Made by a program: the position numbers and the translations under genes. Shown here in pieces: positions 30,359 through 39,608 of a stretch of 64,000 bases of DNA; positions within the stretch are counted from its first letter, which is position 1; each line of letters opens with the position of its first letter. The notes under the pieces were generated by a model. That model was not told the origin of the DNA. It saw nothing but the letters and a program-made list of their open reading frames with translations, and ran no database searches. Source of the stretch: Ferruginibacter sp. (GTDB lineage Bacteria; Bacteroidota; Bacteroidia; Chitinophagales; Chitinophagaceae); assembly GCA_031392305.1 (NCBI GenBank), contig JANMVB010000125.1:2273-66272 (forward strand), read 5' to 3'.

Positions 30359-32326
30359 ATGGCGGCATCAAAGTTTAGAAGTATTTTTTTATCTATGGGC
30401 GTGTGGCCGGTGGTGTTTTTCTTTATCATGGTTTTTATTATGGGGTTATTAAAAATTCACAGCCCCGATATTGGTTTTCATTTAAAGTCGGCTAAGTGGA
30501 TGCTGGATAATAAACAGTTTATTTATGCGGATGCTTTTAGTTACGGATCTGAAGGCAATAAGTATTTTGACCTTCAATGGCTTTACCAGTTGCTTATTTA
30601 CAGTTTATATAATAGTGGAGAAAAATTTTTAGTTGTTGCCAATGCGCTGTTAATTACAAGTTCGCTGGTATTGGTTTGGTTTCGTTTTTTAAGAAACGCT
30701 GAAGTTGGAGTAACAAGTATTAAAATGGGATTTTTTGCGTTTATGGCGATATTGCTTGTGCAGCCATTAACCTTCGAAATACGTCCGCATGTGTTATCCT
30801 GGATATATTTAAATCTTGTTTTATTGTTGTTGGAGTCATATAAAAAAGGGAATAAAAAACTACTTTTTATTTTGCCTTTCATAATGCTGTTTTGGGCAAA
30901 TGCACATAGCCTTGCTATTTTAGGATTGGTAACCATTGCCATTTATAATGCCGGTATTTACTTTGAAAATAAAAAAGCCGATACAAAGCTTTTATTATTT
31001 TCAGCGGTATCATTTGCCGCATTTCTTATAAACCCATATTTTTTTGAAGGGTTGCTGTATCCCTTTACGCAATTCGGAATAATATCAGGTAACAGCCTTT
31101 TAAAATCTTATATCGGAGAGTTTCAGTCTCCGTTTACGGCTAAAGAAATTACCGTGTTAGGCACTCAATATTTTACAAGCCCGCTTTTGATTATTCATCT
31201 TGCTGCGATATTTTCTATTTTTTCGATACTTCGTTCCGTAATTCAAAAACAGTTTACTGATACCTTGTTGCTGGTTGCTTTTCTGCTACTGTTGTCTTTT
31301 GCAAATAAAAATTATGGGTATTATTTAATGGTAAGCTTGCCGCTTATTGTAAAATATTCATTAAACTGGTTAGAACTAAGAAAGAAAAAAGTGCTCAAAC
31401 AAAAAGAATCAGTTGTTGATAAAAAGAAAAATAAAAGTAAAGAAACAGCGCAATTGATTGTTGCTGCCCCATCAAATAAAAAATTGTATTACCGGGTTTC
31501 TCTAGCTGCAATAACTATCGCAATTTTTATCAGTATTACAAGTATCACTGATAGTTACGCCATCTTCAGGCATTCACCATTTAGATTTGGATTTACTACA
31601 GATAAAGATCAACTGCCGGTGGAGGCAACAGCATTTTTAAACAACAAGCAGGTAAAAGGGAAACTGATGAACCATCTTGATTTTGGGGGATACCTGATGG
31701 CGCATTACAAAGAAAAAGTTTTTATTGATGGTAGGCTGGAGCTACTTGACGAAGCGTTTTTCAATAAATATTTTGAAAGCCTTACAGTAAGAAATGGCGT
31801 AAAGAATTTATTGAAAGAGTATGACCCCGACATTGTAATATTCCCTTATTTAAAAGCAACGTATTGGTGGGATTACTTTGCTTCAAAAAAAAATCAGTCA
31901 GGATACAAAGCTGTTTATTTTGACGGATTATCAGTTATATACCTCAAGTCGTCCAGCTATCCTCAATTGCCGGAAATTACTGAAAAGGACATAATGCAAA
32001 ACGTGGCACCAATGGCCGCCAACCAAATAAATGAAAGTATTGAAACTTCAAAGCCAACAGGGTTGATGGTTTTGGTGAATGGCTTATGGCAAAAGCAATC
32101 GTTTTCTATTGCAGATCAAAACAAAGCAAGCTATTGCTTTGGCAATGGTTTTAATACAGCAGCACTCAGCTATTCTGTTGCAGGTATTAACAAGTCAACG
32201 GTACATACTCCAAATATTTTCAAAAACCTTTCCATATATTTTCGGGATAATAAAATGTATAACGAAGCTCAATATGTGAGGAAAAATCGGATTGATAAAA
32301 TTTTTTTAACAACAACATTACTTTAA
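30359..32326 (+). CDS. Polytopic membrane protein, GT-C-like glycosyltransferase
   Basis: DIGFHL, IRPH, WANAH, INPY, EFQSP, DFGGYL, FIDGR motifs; many TM helices. Confidence 0.65.
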   Translation: MAASKFRSIFLSMGVWPVVFFFIMVFIMGLLKIHSPDIGFHLKSAKWMLDNKQFIYADAFSYGSEGNKYFDLQWLYQLLIYSLYNSGEKFLVVANALLITSSLVLVWFRFLRNAEVGVTSIKMGFFAFMAILLVQPLTFEIRPHVLSWIYLNLVLLLLESYKKGNKKLLFILPFIMLFWANAHSLAILGLVTIAIYNAGIYFENKKADTKLLLFSAVSFAAFLINPYFFEGLLYPFTQFGIISGNSLLKSYIGEFQSPFTAKEITVLGTQYFTSPLLIIHLAAIFSIFSILRSVIQKQFTDTLLLVAFLLLLSFANKNYGYYLMVSLPLIVKYSLNWLELRKKKVLKQKESVVDKKKNKSKETAQLIVAAPSNKKLYYRVSLAAITIAIFISITSITDSYAIFRHSPFRFGFTTDKDQLPVEATAFLNNKQVKGKLMNHLDFGGYLMAHYKEKVFIDGRLELLDEAFFNKYFESLTVRNGVKNLLKEYDPDIVIFPYLKATYWWDYFASKKNQSGYKAVYFDGLSVIYLKSSSYPQLPEITEKDIMQNVAPMAANQINESIETSKPTGLMVLVNGLWQKQSFSIADQNKASYCFGNGFNTAALSYSVAGINKSTVHTPNIFKNLSIYFRDNKMYNEAQYVRKNRIDKIFLTTTLL

Positions 32327-32386
32327 GAACAAGTAAAAAAATTGAATTGCCGATTGATAATTTAATTTTTATTGAAGCATAAACCA

Positions 32387-33148
32387 ATGATGAAATTATC
32401 AATTATAATACCTGTATTTAATGAAGCAAAAACTATACAAAGTATCTTAAGGAAAATAGATTTGGTAGCACTGCCATCACAGCTTCAAAAAGAAGTTATT
32501 GTAGTTGATGATGGATCTACAGATGGTGCAAATTTATTGATAGCGGTTTGTATGGAATCTTTTTCTACAGGTGAAATAAAATATATCAGGCATGCCACCA
32601 ACCAGGGTAAAGGGGCAGCTATAAAAACAGGCATCGGGCAGGCATCGGGTGATGTTGTAATTATACAGGATGCAGACCTGGAATATGATCCAAAGGAATA
32701 TGATACCCTGCTGCAACCTATTCTCGAAGGATATGCTGATGTAGTATATGGCAGCCGGTTCATGGGCGGAAAACCGCATCGGGTACTGTTTTTCTGGCAT
32801 ACAATAGGTAATAGGTTTTTGACATTTCTTTCCAACTTGCTTACCAACCTTAACTTAACGGATATGGAGTCAGGGTACAAAATCTTTCGTACTGAAGTTC
32901 TTCAATCCATTTCCCTTGAGGAAAAGAAGTTTGGGTTTGAGCCTGAAGTAACAGCAAAGATTTGTCGTATACCGGGTATTCGCATTTATGAAGTAGGCAT
33001 TTCTTATTACGGAAGAACGTATGAAGAAGGAAAAAAAATTAGTTGGCGGGATGGGGTGAAGGCTATTTATTGCATTTTAAAGTACAACCTTTTTAGGCAG
33101 GGTAAAGTTTACAAACTGCTGGTAGAAAGAGAAAGAGTTACTGATTAA
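32387..33148 (+). CDS. GT2 polyprenol-phosphate glycosyltransferase (GtrB/ArnC/DPM-like)
   Basis: IIIPVFNE, VVDDGSTDG, IIQDADLEYDP, DMESGYK, FGFEPE motifs. Confidence 0.9.
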   Translation: MMKLSIIIPVFNEAKTIQSILRKIDLVALPSQLQKEVIVVDDGSTDGANLLIAVCMESFSTGEIKYIRHATNQGKGAAIKTGIGQASGDVVIIQDADLEYDPKEYDTLLQPILEGYADVVYGSRFMGGKPHRVLFFWHTIGNRFLTFLSNLLTNLNLTDMESGYKIFRTEVLQSISLEEKKFGFEPEVTAKICRIPGIRIYEVGISYYGRTYEEGKKISWRDGVKAIYCILKYNLFRQGKVYKLLVERERVTD

Positions 33149-33206
33149 ATATTCTTTACACTGTTAAGGAAAGAAGTTGAAAAAATTAGCATCCAGGCGA
33201 AGATGC

Positions 33207-34301
33207 TTATAACTTATTAAATCTTAGGTTAGTCAATTGTCCGCTTACGCTGTTGCTTATACGCAATATGTATTGCCCGGTTGATAAATGTGTAATGGGG
33301 TAATTTAACCGGGTTGCATTCAATAAATCAAGTTTGGTATTTTTCAATAGTTTTCCACTGATATCCAGCAGCAACAAATCATATTGGCCGTTAAATTTTT
33401 TTCCTGTTGTGGTTATTATTACTTCCGCCCAATTACTTTGCACCGGGTTAGGATACAATTGCATACCTCCAAAATTTTCATCACAGTAGCCATTCATTTG
33501 CTTCGTAGTACTGTATCCAATTTTTCCGTCATTATCAACGGATTTAATTCTTATAAAAATACTTTTAGCAGTCAGGGAATCTACCAGGTTAAAATTAAAG
33601 CTGTACGCCGTACGGGCAGATGGCTGGCTCACCCCAATTTTAATAAATTGTACTCCATCTTTACTCAGTTCTATCTCATACCTGTTTACGTTGATGGCAT
33701 TTTCCGCATTAAAATTTACCTGCACCCGGCATTCATTTTTGGATAAGGATAAACTGTTAAAATTAACCGGCAGTGTATGTGTAGTTACCGAATAGGTAAG
33801 CGATGCAGTATTATTATTCACGTCTTCATCAGAGAGTAAAGTGGAGGCACTATGATTGGTAACTAAAAACTCCGATTCAATGAGCGACGTACCTGTAGAA
33901 GCTGCTGCTTTAATTTTAAATTCGAGTACGGCATCAAAATCTGCCGGTAATGTATTGGTTAAATTGCCGGTTAGTTGCACCTTGTCACCAACAATAGCTG
34001 TAGTCCACAAAAAATAATTGCTAAGCTGGGCAATACCAACAGTAAATGAAGTATCAAGGCTCATTTTATTGCCAAGTGTAATTACAAATTTGCACGTACC
34101 CGAAGGCAAGGCAACCAATTGGTTTAAATTATAAATGGGTACTTTAAGTAAAAATATTTCGCCTGGTAAAATTTGATTGGCATTTAAGCTTATACCAGAT
34201 TGGCTAGTAATATCCATTTGCCCGGTTGCAGGATCCGCAATCACCTGCCCTTTACCCATGAGCGATACAATCAAAAGAAAGAAACTAAATAAAATTTTCA
34301 T
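33207..34301 (-). CDS. T9SS type-A CTD protein with cohesin-like module
   Basis: ADPATGQ, IPIYNLNQ-like (VPIYNLNQ), FLVTNH..LSDED motifs; LPVNF Ig domain; LYPNP CTD. Confidence 0.85.
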   Translation of the reverse strand: MKILFSFFLLIVSLMGKGQVIADPATGQMDITSQSGISLNANQILPGEIFLLKVPIYNLNQLVALPSGTCKFVITLGNKMSLDTSFTVGIAQLSNYFLWTTAIVGDKVQLTGNLTNTLPADFDAVLEFKIKAAASTGTSLIESEFLVTNHSASTLLSDEDVNNNTASLTYSVTTHTLPVNFNSLSLSKNECRVQVNFNAENAINVNRYEIELSKDGVQFIKIGVSQPSARTAYSFNFNLVDSLTAKSIFIRIKSVDNDGKIGYSTTKQMNGYCDENFGGMQLYPNPVQSNWAEVIITTTGKKFNGQYDLLLLDISGKLLKNTKLDLLNATRLNYPITHLSTGQYILRISNSVSGQLTNLRFNKL

Positions 34302-34385
34302 TGAGCCAACATTTGGTGATACTATCAATAATGCACAAGTGAAAAAAAGAATTTTTTTTTGTCCGGGCTATGAAACAATGAGCAT

Positions 34386-34424
34386 CATCGTTGCATCGCC
34401 CTCTTGTACCAAATATCATTGGGG
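34386..34424 (+). repeat. REP-like element, copy 9 (GCATCGC subtype)
   Basis: CATCGTTGCATCGCCCTCTTGTACCAAATATCATTGGGG. Confidence 0.9.
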
Positions 34425-34615
34425 AACTTTAATTGCGTTTTAAATGATTGACTTTTCACAATACAATGTTCTGTAAATACCGCAGCCACAATTCTTTGGC
34501 CTAACCATGATAATTTAAAAAAACTCCATTGGTTTTCACCAGTAAGGAGTTTAGGTATTTTGGGAAATATAACATTGCCGGTTTAGTTTTTTGAGCCAAT
34601 CAGCAGGTAGCTATT

Positions 34616-35707
34616 TTAGTATTTTTGCCATTTAAGTATGGATGATTGCCCATCCTTTATATTGCTAATCTTTATGATATACTGGCCTGCAGAAACATTT
34701 CCTGTTTCCAAATAAAATTGGGTAGCATTAATTAAATTCATCTCTTTTACAAGCAATATTTTACCAGCCATATCAGCCAGCGTAATACCATACTTTCCAT
34801 TAAACTGGCCTTGCTTTGCAATCAGCACAATACGGGATACGGATTTTGCTGGATTGGGATATACCCCTACAGCCCAATCATTTTGGCATTCGCCCTTTAC
34901 TGATTTAGTACCACTATATTGAAACTTTCCGTCCTTATCCAACGATTTGATCCTAACAAAAACCTGGGGGGCTTTAAATGCATCCTTAATACTAAAACTA
35001 TAACTGTACTTGGATAGATTGGCTGCTGTAATTACACCAGTGTTTATAAAATTAACCCCGTCTTTGCTAACCTCAATTTCATATTTATTTACATTAATTT
35101 CTCCCTGAGTAAAAAAGTCAACATCAATAACGCAGCCCTTGTTTACAACATTTAATCCTGTAAAAGTAACTGGCAGTGGCCCGGCCGGAACAATAGTATA
35201 TGCCAAAAATGAGTTATTGTTGGTAGGGTTTAAATCAGATAAAACAATGGCAGTGTTATGATTTGTAACCAGGAAATTAGTTGTAATGGTAGAATTTCCC
35301 TGGAGATTTCCTATTAATTTAAGAATTACATTATCAGAATAATTAGGTGGCAAATCTTTTTTAAGATCACCCGTAATTTGCCCCTGCCCTGAGCCAGTAT
35401 CAAATGTCCAGTTAAAATAAGCACTTGAAGGTAAGGAGCTTAAATTGAATTGAGGATCAAGTATCATTTTAGAACCCAGTCCAATTTTTATTTTACACGA
35501 CCCCTGTGGCAAACCATTCACCAGGTCGTAGTTATAGATGGGGATTTTTAATTCCAAAGCGTTATCTAATGGTATGCTGCTTGCATTCAACACAGTGTGA
35601 TCAATATTAGCAACGTCAACCTGGTTTATAGCCGGGTCTGCTATTACACTCTGCCCGTAATTGTTTAGTGAAAACATTAAAAAGCAGGTAAAAATTAAAA
35701 ATTTCAT
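34616..35707 (-). CDS. T9SS type-A CTD protein with cohesin-like module
   Basis: ADPAINQ, LGSKMILDPQF, NFLVTNH motifs; LPVTF Ig domain; VYPNP CTD. Confidence 0.85.
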   Translation of the reverse strand: MKFLIFTCFLMFSLNNYGQSVIADPAINQVDVANIDHTVLNASSIPLDNALELKIPIYNYDLVNGLPQGSCKIKIGLGSKMILDPQFNLSSLPSSAYFNWTFDTGSGQGQITGDLKKDLPPNYSDNVILKLIGNLQGNSTITTNFLVTNHNTAIVLSDLNPTNNNSFLAYTIVPAGPLPVTFTGLNVVNKGCVIDVDFFTQGEINVNKYEIEVSKDGVNFINTGVITAANLSKYSYSFSIKDAFKAPQVFVRIKSLDKDGKFQYSGTKSVKGECQNDWAVGVYPNPAKSVSRIVLIAKQGQFNGKYGITLADMAGKILLVKEMNLINATQFYLETGNVSAGQYIIKISNIKDGQSSILKWQKY

Positions 35708-36075
35708 ACTCGTAGTTTTTATAATTAATTATTTCATTATTAAATTAAAAAAGCAATTAATAGGATAAGTAATTTGTTACTTATTTAGCTAGCCGCACCA
35801 GGTAAATTTTGTGTTTATTCCAGACGTTGACTTGCCTGTTTTCGGTAGGAGTTATCGGAGATTTCGTTGATAAAATTAGCAGTTATTTTTATCAGGCAAG
35901 ATTAAGTAATTGTTTTGTTTGTGTTACATAACAACAAATTTCAAATAAACAAACTACTTTCATTTTCCAAATTAATACTCGAATTATTTTGTTGAGTATT
36001 GCTGTTGCTGCTGATGTAAAATCAGAACTCCTTACCCTTATAAATTACAGAGTTATTCGCAAATTGAAAGCGCTG

Positions 36076-36113
36076 CCATATATTCAAAAGTACAAGAGGG
36101 CGATGCAACGATG
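36076..36113 (-). repeat. REP-like element, copy 10 (GCATCGC subtype)
   Basis: GTACAAGAGGGCGATGCAACGATG core. Confidence 0.9.
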
Positions 36114-36463
36114 CTTATTCAGTGCTCAGTTGCCTGGACAAAAAAAAGAAAAGGTATGGGTTGTAGTTTGCGGTAAATCAGGAGTCTGAAAATATTGAAA
36201 AGGCACAGGTGAACTTTTATTTACAGGTTTTCCTTACTTAACTATACTGCCAGGGAGTATGTTGGATATGCTTTAGCAGAAAGACAAATATTATTTGCCA
36301 TAAGGGTATCTATAGGCAGGTAAAATAATATCGGCATAATTAAAAACAGCACGATAAACCAGGAGGGTAATTGCTATTTAAATAGTAAACATTTGGTGTA
36401 GTAATACCTTGTATGAATTATAATTAATTAATTGCCTGAATGTATTATGCCTGGCGTATAGGC

Positions 36464-36962
36464 AATAAAAAAAGGGCCAGCCCCTTACGCTGACCCCTTA
36501 ACTTACACATGAATCTACCTTACTATCTTTGATGTTATTTATTGAAATATTCCAATTCTATCTGTCAATATTTTCTTGATTTGTAATAGTAACAGTAAAA
36601 GCAATAAAAAGGGCCAGCCCTTACACTGGCCCTTAACTTACACATGAATCTACCTTACTGTCTTTATATCTTTCTTTTATAAGGGTTATGTTATTTGTTC
36701 TGCAATAGCTCCTTCTCTTATCTGTACCACTGTAAAGGGATGAATAAAATTTTAAAAAAGGACCAGCCCCTTACGCTGGCCCTTTAACTTACACATGAAT
36801 CTACCTTACTGTCTTTTAATTCTTTTATTGATGCTTTGTTAATTTGCCGGTTAATACATTTAATGCTTTTTGTTACTTTAAATGAGTACAGGTAAAATTT
36901 TAAAAAAGGACCAGCCCTTACACTGGCCCTTTAACTTACACATGAATCTACCTTACTGTTTT
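36464..36962. repeat. Four-unit array of ~62-bp repeats with unique 72-88 bp spacers
   Basis: Invariant TTAACTTACACATGAATCTACCTTACT at 36498, 36633, 36784 and 36931, each next to a GG(G/A)CCAG..CTG(G/A)CC hairpin and A-tract. Confidence 0.95.
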
Positions 36963-38539
36963 ATAATTCTTTCTGTTTGTTTTTCGTTGTTGCTTAATAG
37001 TTGCAATACATATATCCCACCCGGATACCGGCTCATATCAACTTCATTAAAACCTGGCTGCCCGTTTCCTTTTGCAATCATATTACCACCAATATTACTA
37101 ACCAGGTATTGGTAATTTTCCGCAGCCTTAATAGTCATTTTATTATTTATAAAAGTTGACACCTTGAACATTTTAGTATTAGCTAACGCAGCTTTCAACT
37201 GGATAGTATTTGAAAATGCGCTTTGATTTAGTATAGAAGTTACCTTAATACGGTAAAATAAATCGATGGTTTTAAAAGGTGCATAAGAAAGGCTGGTAGC
37301 TGCATTATTTACCGTATTCAAACTGGTAAAATGTACCCCATCTTCTGATAACTGTACCTCAATATTTTTTACAGGTTCATCAGCCACAATGGTCCATTTA
37401 AGATGATGTTTATTTTGATCAAGCCTGCCAGTGAGTAAAATATTATGTATGGGCAAAATCACTCCTTTGTTTACAGAAATAGTATATGAACCCAGGCTGC
37501 CATAATCTCCTACATTGCTGTTGCCTGCACCATCTATCAGCATATAATAGGAGCCGGTATTAAGTACTGTGTCTATTTCCACATTCATCATGGCAGCAGG
37601 ATCATATGTGCGTATTAATACTTTTGAAGCATTGTACAACGACAATTTTACATCAAGGTTAGCACCCAGGTAATTCGTGACAGCACTAAAAGGCTTTACT
37701 TCAATATGTAGTATGGAATTGGTGGCTAAATTAAAAGTGAAAGCATCCTTATCTGTATTTGTTGTTATTATGCCGTCAACATTTGTACCTGTTAATGGTA
37801 AAGTGCCAGGGTTAATATTTATATCATTGCTAAAATCATCGGGCCTGAATGAAAAGCCATTTTGAGTGGTAATGATGGATAAATTATCCTGCATGTTGGT
37901 ACATCCATAAGGAGTAGGGCCATTGTTCCAGCCACTCATATTTCTGTAATAGCTGTTGCCCATTATAGGTGCCCATGCATTTACCCCTGTGCCGGCGCCA
38001 TCATTGTAAGTTGCAGTTAAATTACAGGTGCCATCATATTTTGATTGGTGGGATAAGCCAACCGTATGTCCACTTTCATGTGAGCAACATTCGGCCACCA
38101 TTTTTGGACTGTTAGGCCCAAGGCGATCACAAAAAACAAATGCTGGTGTATCATCACCCCATTTAAATGAGCCCGTAAATGCAACACCTCCTACACCGTT
38201 AAACCAACTGCTGGTGGGTGTAATCACAATCCTTATCCTGGTAGAAAGCGGGGCTGCTAAAAATTTAGAAAGCTCAGTAGTTATATTGATATTGAATGGC
38301 CGGTAATCTTCTGATACCCGGTTAAATATTTCGGTGATTTGTGTATCATTAAGACCGGATGTAGCACAGGTAAAAGGCACGCCCCCATTCCAGTATGCAT
38401 TGTTTACATCATGCCCGTTAAAATCGAGATAGATGGTTGCAGTGGCTGTGGGCAGGCTATTTAAAACAGGCTGGCTAATTGCATTGAAAGAAACTAACAA
38501 TGCCAGTAACAGCATTAAGGGAGCGGATGGCTTCTTCAT
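36953..38539 (-). CDS. Zinc metalloprotease (metzincin-like) with T9SS CTD
   Basis: HESGHTVGLSH zinc motif, APIMG Met-turn, PPC-like and Ig domains, CTD. Confidence 0.85.
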   Translation of the reverse strand: MKKPSAPLMLLLALLVSFNAISQPVLNSLPTATATIYLDFNGHDVNNAYWNGGVPFTCATSGLNDTQITEIFNRVSEDYRPFNINITTELSKFLAAPLSTRIRIVITPTSSWFNGVGGVAFTGSFKWGDDTPAFVFCDRLGPNSPKMVAECCSHESGHTVGLSHQSKYDGTCNLTATYNDGAGTGVNAWAPIMGNSYYRNMSGWNNGPTPYGCTNMQDNLSIITTQNGFSFRPDDFSNDININPGTLPLTGTNVDGIITTNTDKDAFTFNLATNSILHIEVKPFSAVTNYLGANLDVKLSLYNASKVLIRTYDPAAMMNVEIDTVLNTGSYYMLIDGAGNSNVGDYGSLGSYTISVNKGVILPIHNILLTGRLDQNKHHLKWTIVADEPVKNIEVQLSEDGVHFTSLNTVNNAATSLSYAPFKTIDLFYRIKVTSILNQSAFSNTIQLKAALANTKMFKVSTFINNKMTIKAAENYQYLVSNIGGNMIAKGNGQPGFNEVDMSRYPGGIYVLQLLSNNEKQTERIIKQ

Positions 38540-38619
38540 TTTAGGTGGATTTTAGAATGCCGGAGGTAAGCCGGTGTTGTTTTTAATAAGGGTTGGATTC
38601 AGTTGTTTGCAAGCCGGTG

Positions 38620-39072
38620 TTAAAGGCTGCAGTCAGTTAAAATTTTTTCAACATTAATTTTATTTAGTTGGTAATTTCCGTTAGCGAGCCTTTTCAATTC
38701 AAAGCCATCAGCATAAGCCGGGTTCAGTATGCGGCCAACATAAGTAATTGTATTATTTTCTGTTTGTTTTGAAATTGAAAAAAGGCTGTTATCAAATGCA
38801 GGTAATTTTAAAACGAGTGTTTGGAGATTAGTATACGCTGCCCTTTTGCTGGTAACAGAACCTGATAGTATGAAGTTACCGGAAAGTGGTACCGCAATGT
38901 TTTCGCCTTTCGCCGCAGTAAATAATCTACTAAGCTGGGCTTCAGTAAAATCAATAGTGGAGGGAAGATTAGTAAATAGAGAAGACCTGCCGGCCTGTTT
39001 GTTTTGTGCATTTACTGATGCTGCAAAAAGGGTAAGCAGCACAAGGCACAAGGTAGTGGTAAGGATTTTCAT
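38620..39072 (-). CDS. Secreted hypothetical protein resembling a metalloprotease pro-domain
   Basis: Signal peptide; TYVGRILNP..DGFEL segment; lies directly upstream of the protease. Confidence 0.6.
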   Translation of the reverse strand: MKILTTTLCLVLLTLFAASVNAQNKQAGRSSLFTNLPSTIDFTEAQLSRLFTAAKGENIAVPLSGNFILSGSVTSKRAAYTNLQTLVLKLPAFDNSLFSISKQTENNTITYVGRILNPAYADGFELKRLANGNYQLNKINVEKILTDCSL

Positions 39073-39219
39073 GTTGTAGAATTTGGATATTGAAATACTA
39101 AAAATAAATAATTGATAGTACTAATATTTAAAACGGCGATTGCTGTAAAATAGTATGTAGTGCAACCAAAAAATACAACTGAATAATCAACGTAGAAGAT
39201 TTTCTACCCTTACAGGTTA

Positions 39220-39585
39220 CTAATATTGCCCTGTGCTCAACAATACCAATGTGCAGGCTTCCTCTGCTTTAATATTATGTTGTACGGCCAGGGAAGCTAA
39301 CTCATCATTCTCTGTACCGGGGTTAAAAATGATGCGCTTTGGGTGAAGCGACAGTATATAATCGTAGTACTCTTTCTGGTGAAATGGGTTTATATATAAG
39401 GTAATGGTATCCACATTGTCAAAGATTTGGTGGGCTGTTTCAATAGGTATTTTTCCGATAACCCCTTTTTTTCTACCGATTGCTACTACCGGATGTTGGT
39501 GTGCAATTAATTTATGCACCGCCAGGTAACTGTATCGTGCCGGGTTTTCAGATGCTCCAATTACCAGTGTTTTTTTCTTATCCAT
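39220..39585 (-). CDS. CoA-binding domain protein (YccU-like)
   Basis: TLVIGASENPARYS, DTITLYI, IIFNPGTEN, ACTLVLL motifs. Confidence 0.88.
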   Translation of the reverse strand: MDKKKTLVIGASENPARYSYLAVHKLIAHQHPVVAIGRKKGVIGKIPIETAHQIFDNVDTITLYINPFHQKEYYDYILSLHPKRIIFNPGTENDELASLAVQHNIKAEEACTLVLLSTGQY

Positions 39586-39608
39586 TTTATTTAGCTTAAG
39601 CTAATTTT

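Noticed and set aside
32260-32326. Possible frameshift near the end of the GT-C-like gene (an alternative frame reads CEEKSD-stop)
   Set aside because: Cannot be supported without homolog alignment; the annotated frame closes normally
35780-35870. GC-richer stretch upstream of 34616-35707 as a possible riboswitch; a loose TCCTACC motif also occurs near 17755 and 19695
   Set aside because: No match to riboswitch consensus sequences I know, and the motif is too short to support
36464-36962. Calling the four-unit array a CRISPR
   Set aside because: Repeats (~62 bp) and spacers (72-88 bp) are too long and uneven, each unit contains a terminator, one overlaps a gene stop, and there are no cas genes in the window
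36882-37115. 77-aa plus-strand ORF in the ORF track
   Set aside because: Built from array unit 4 plus the antisense of the protease 3' end
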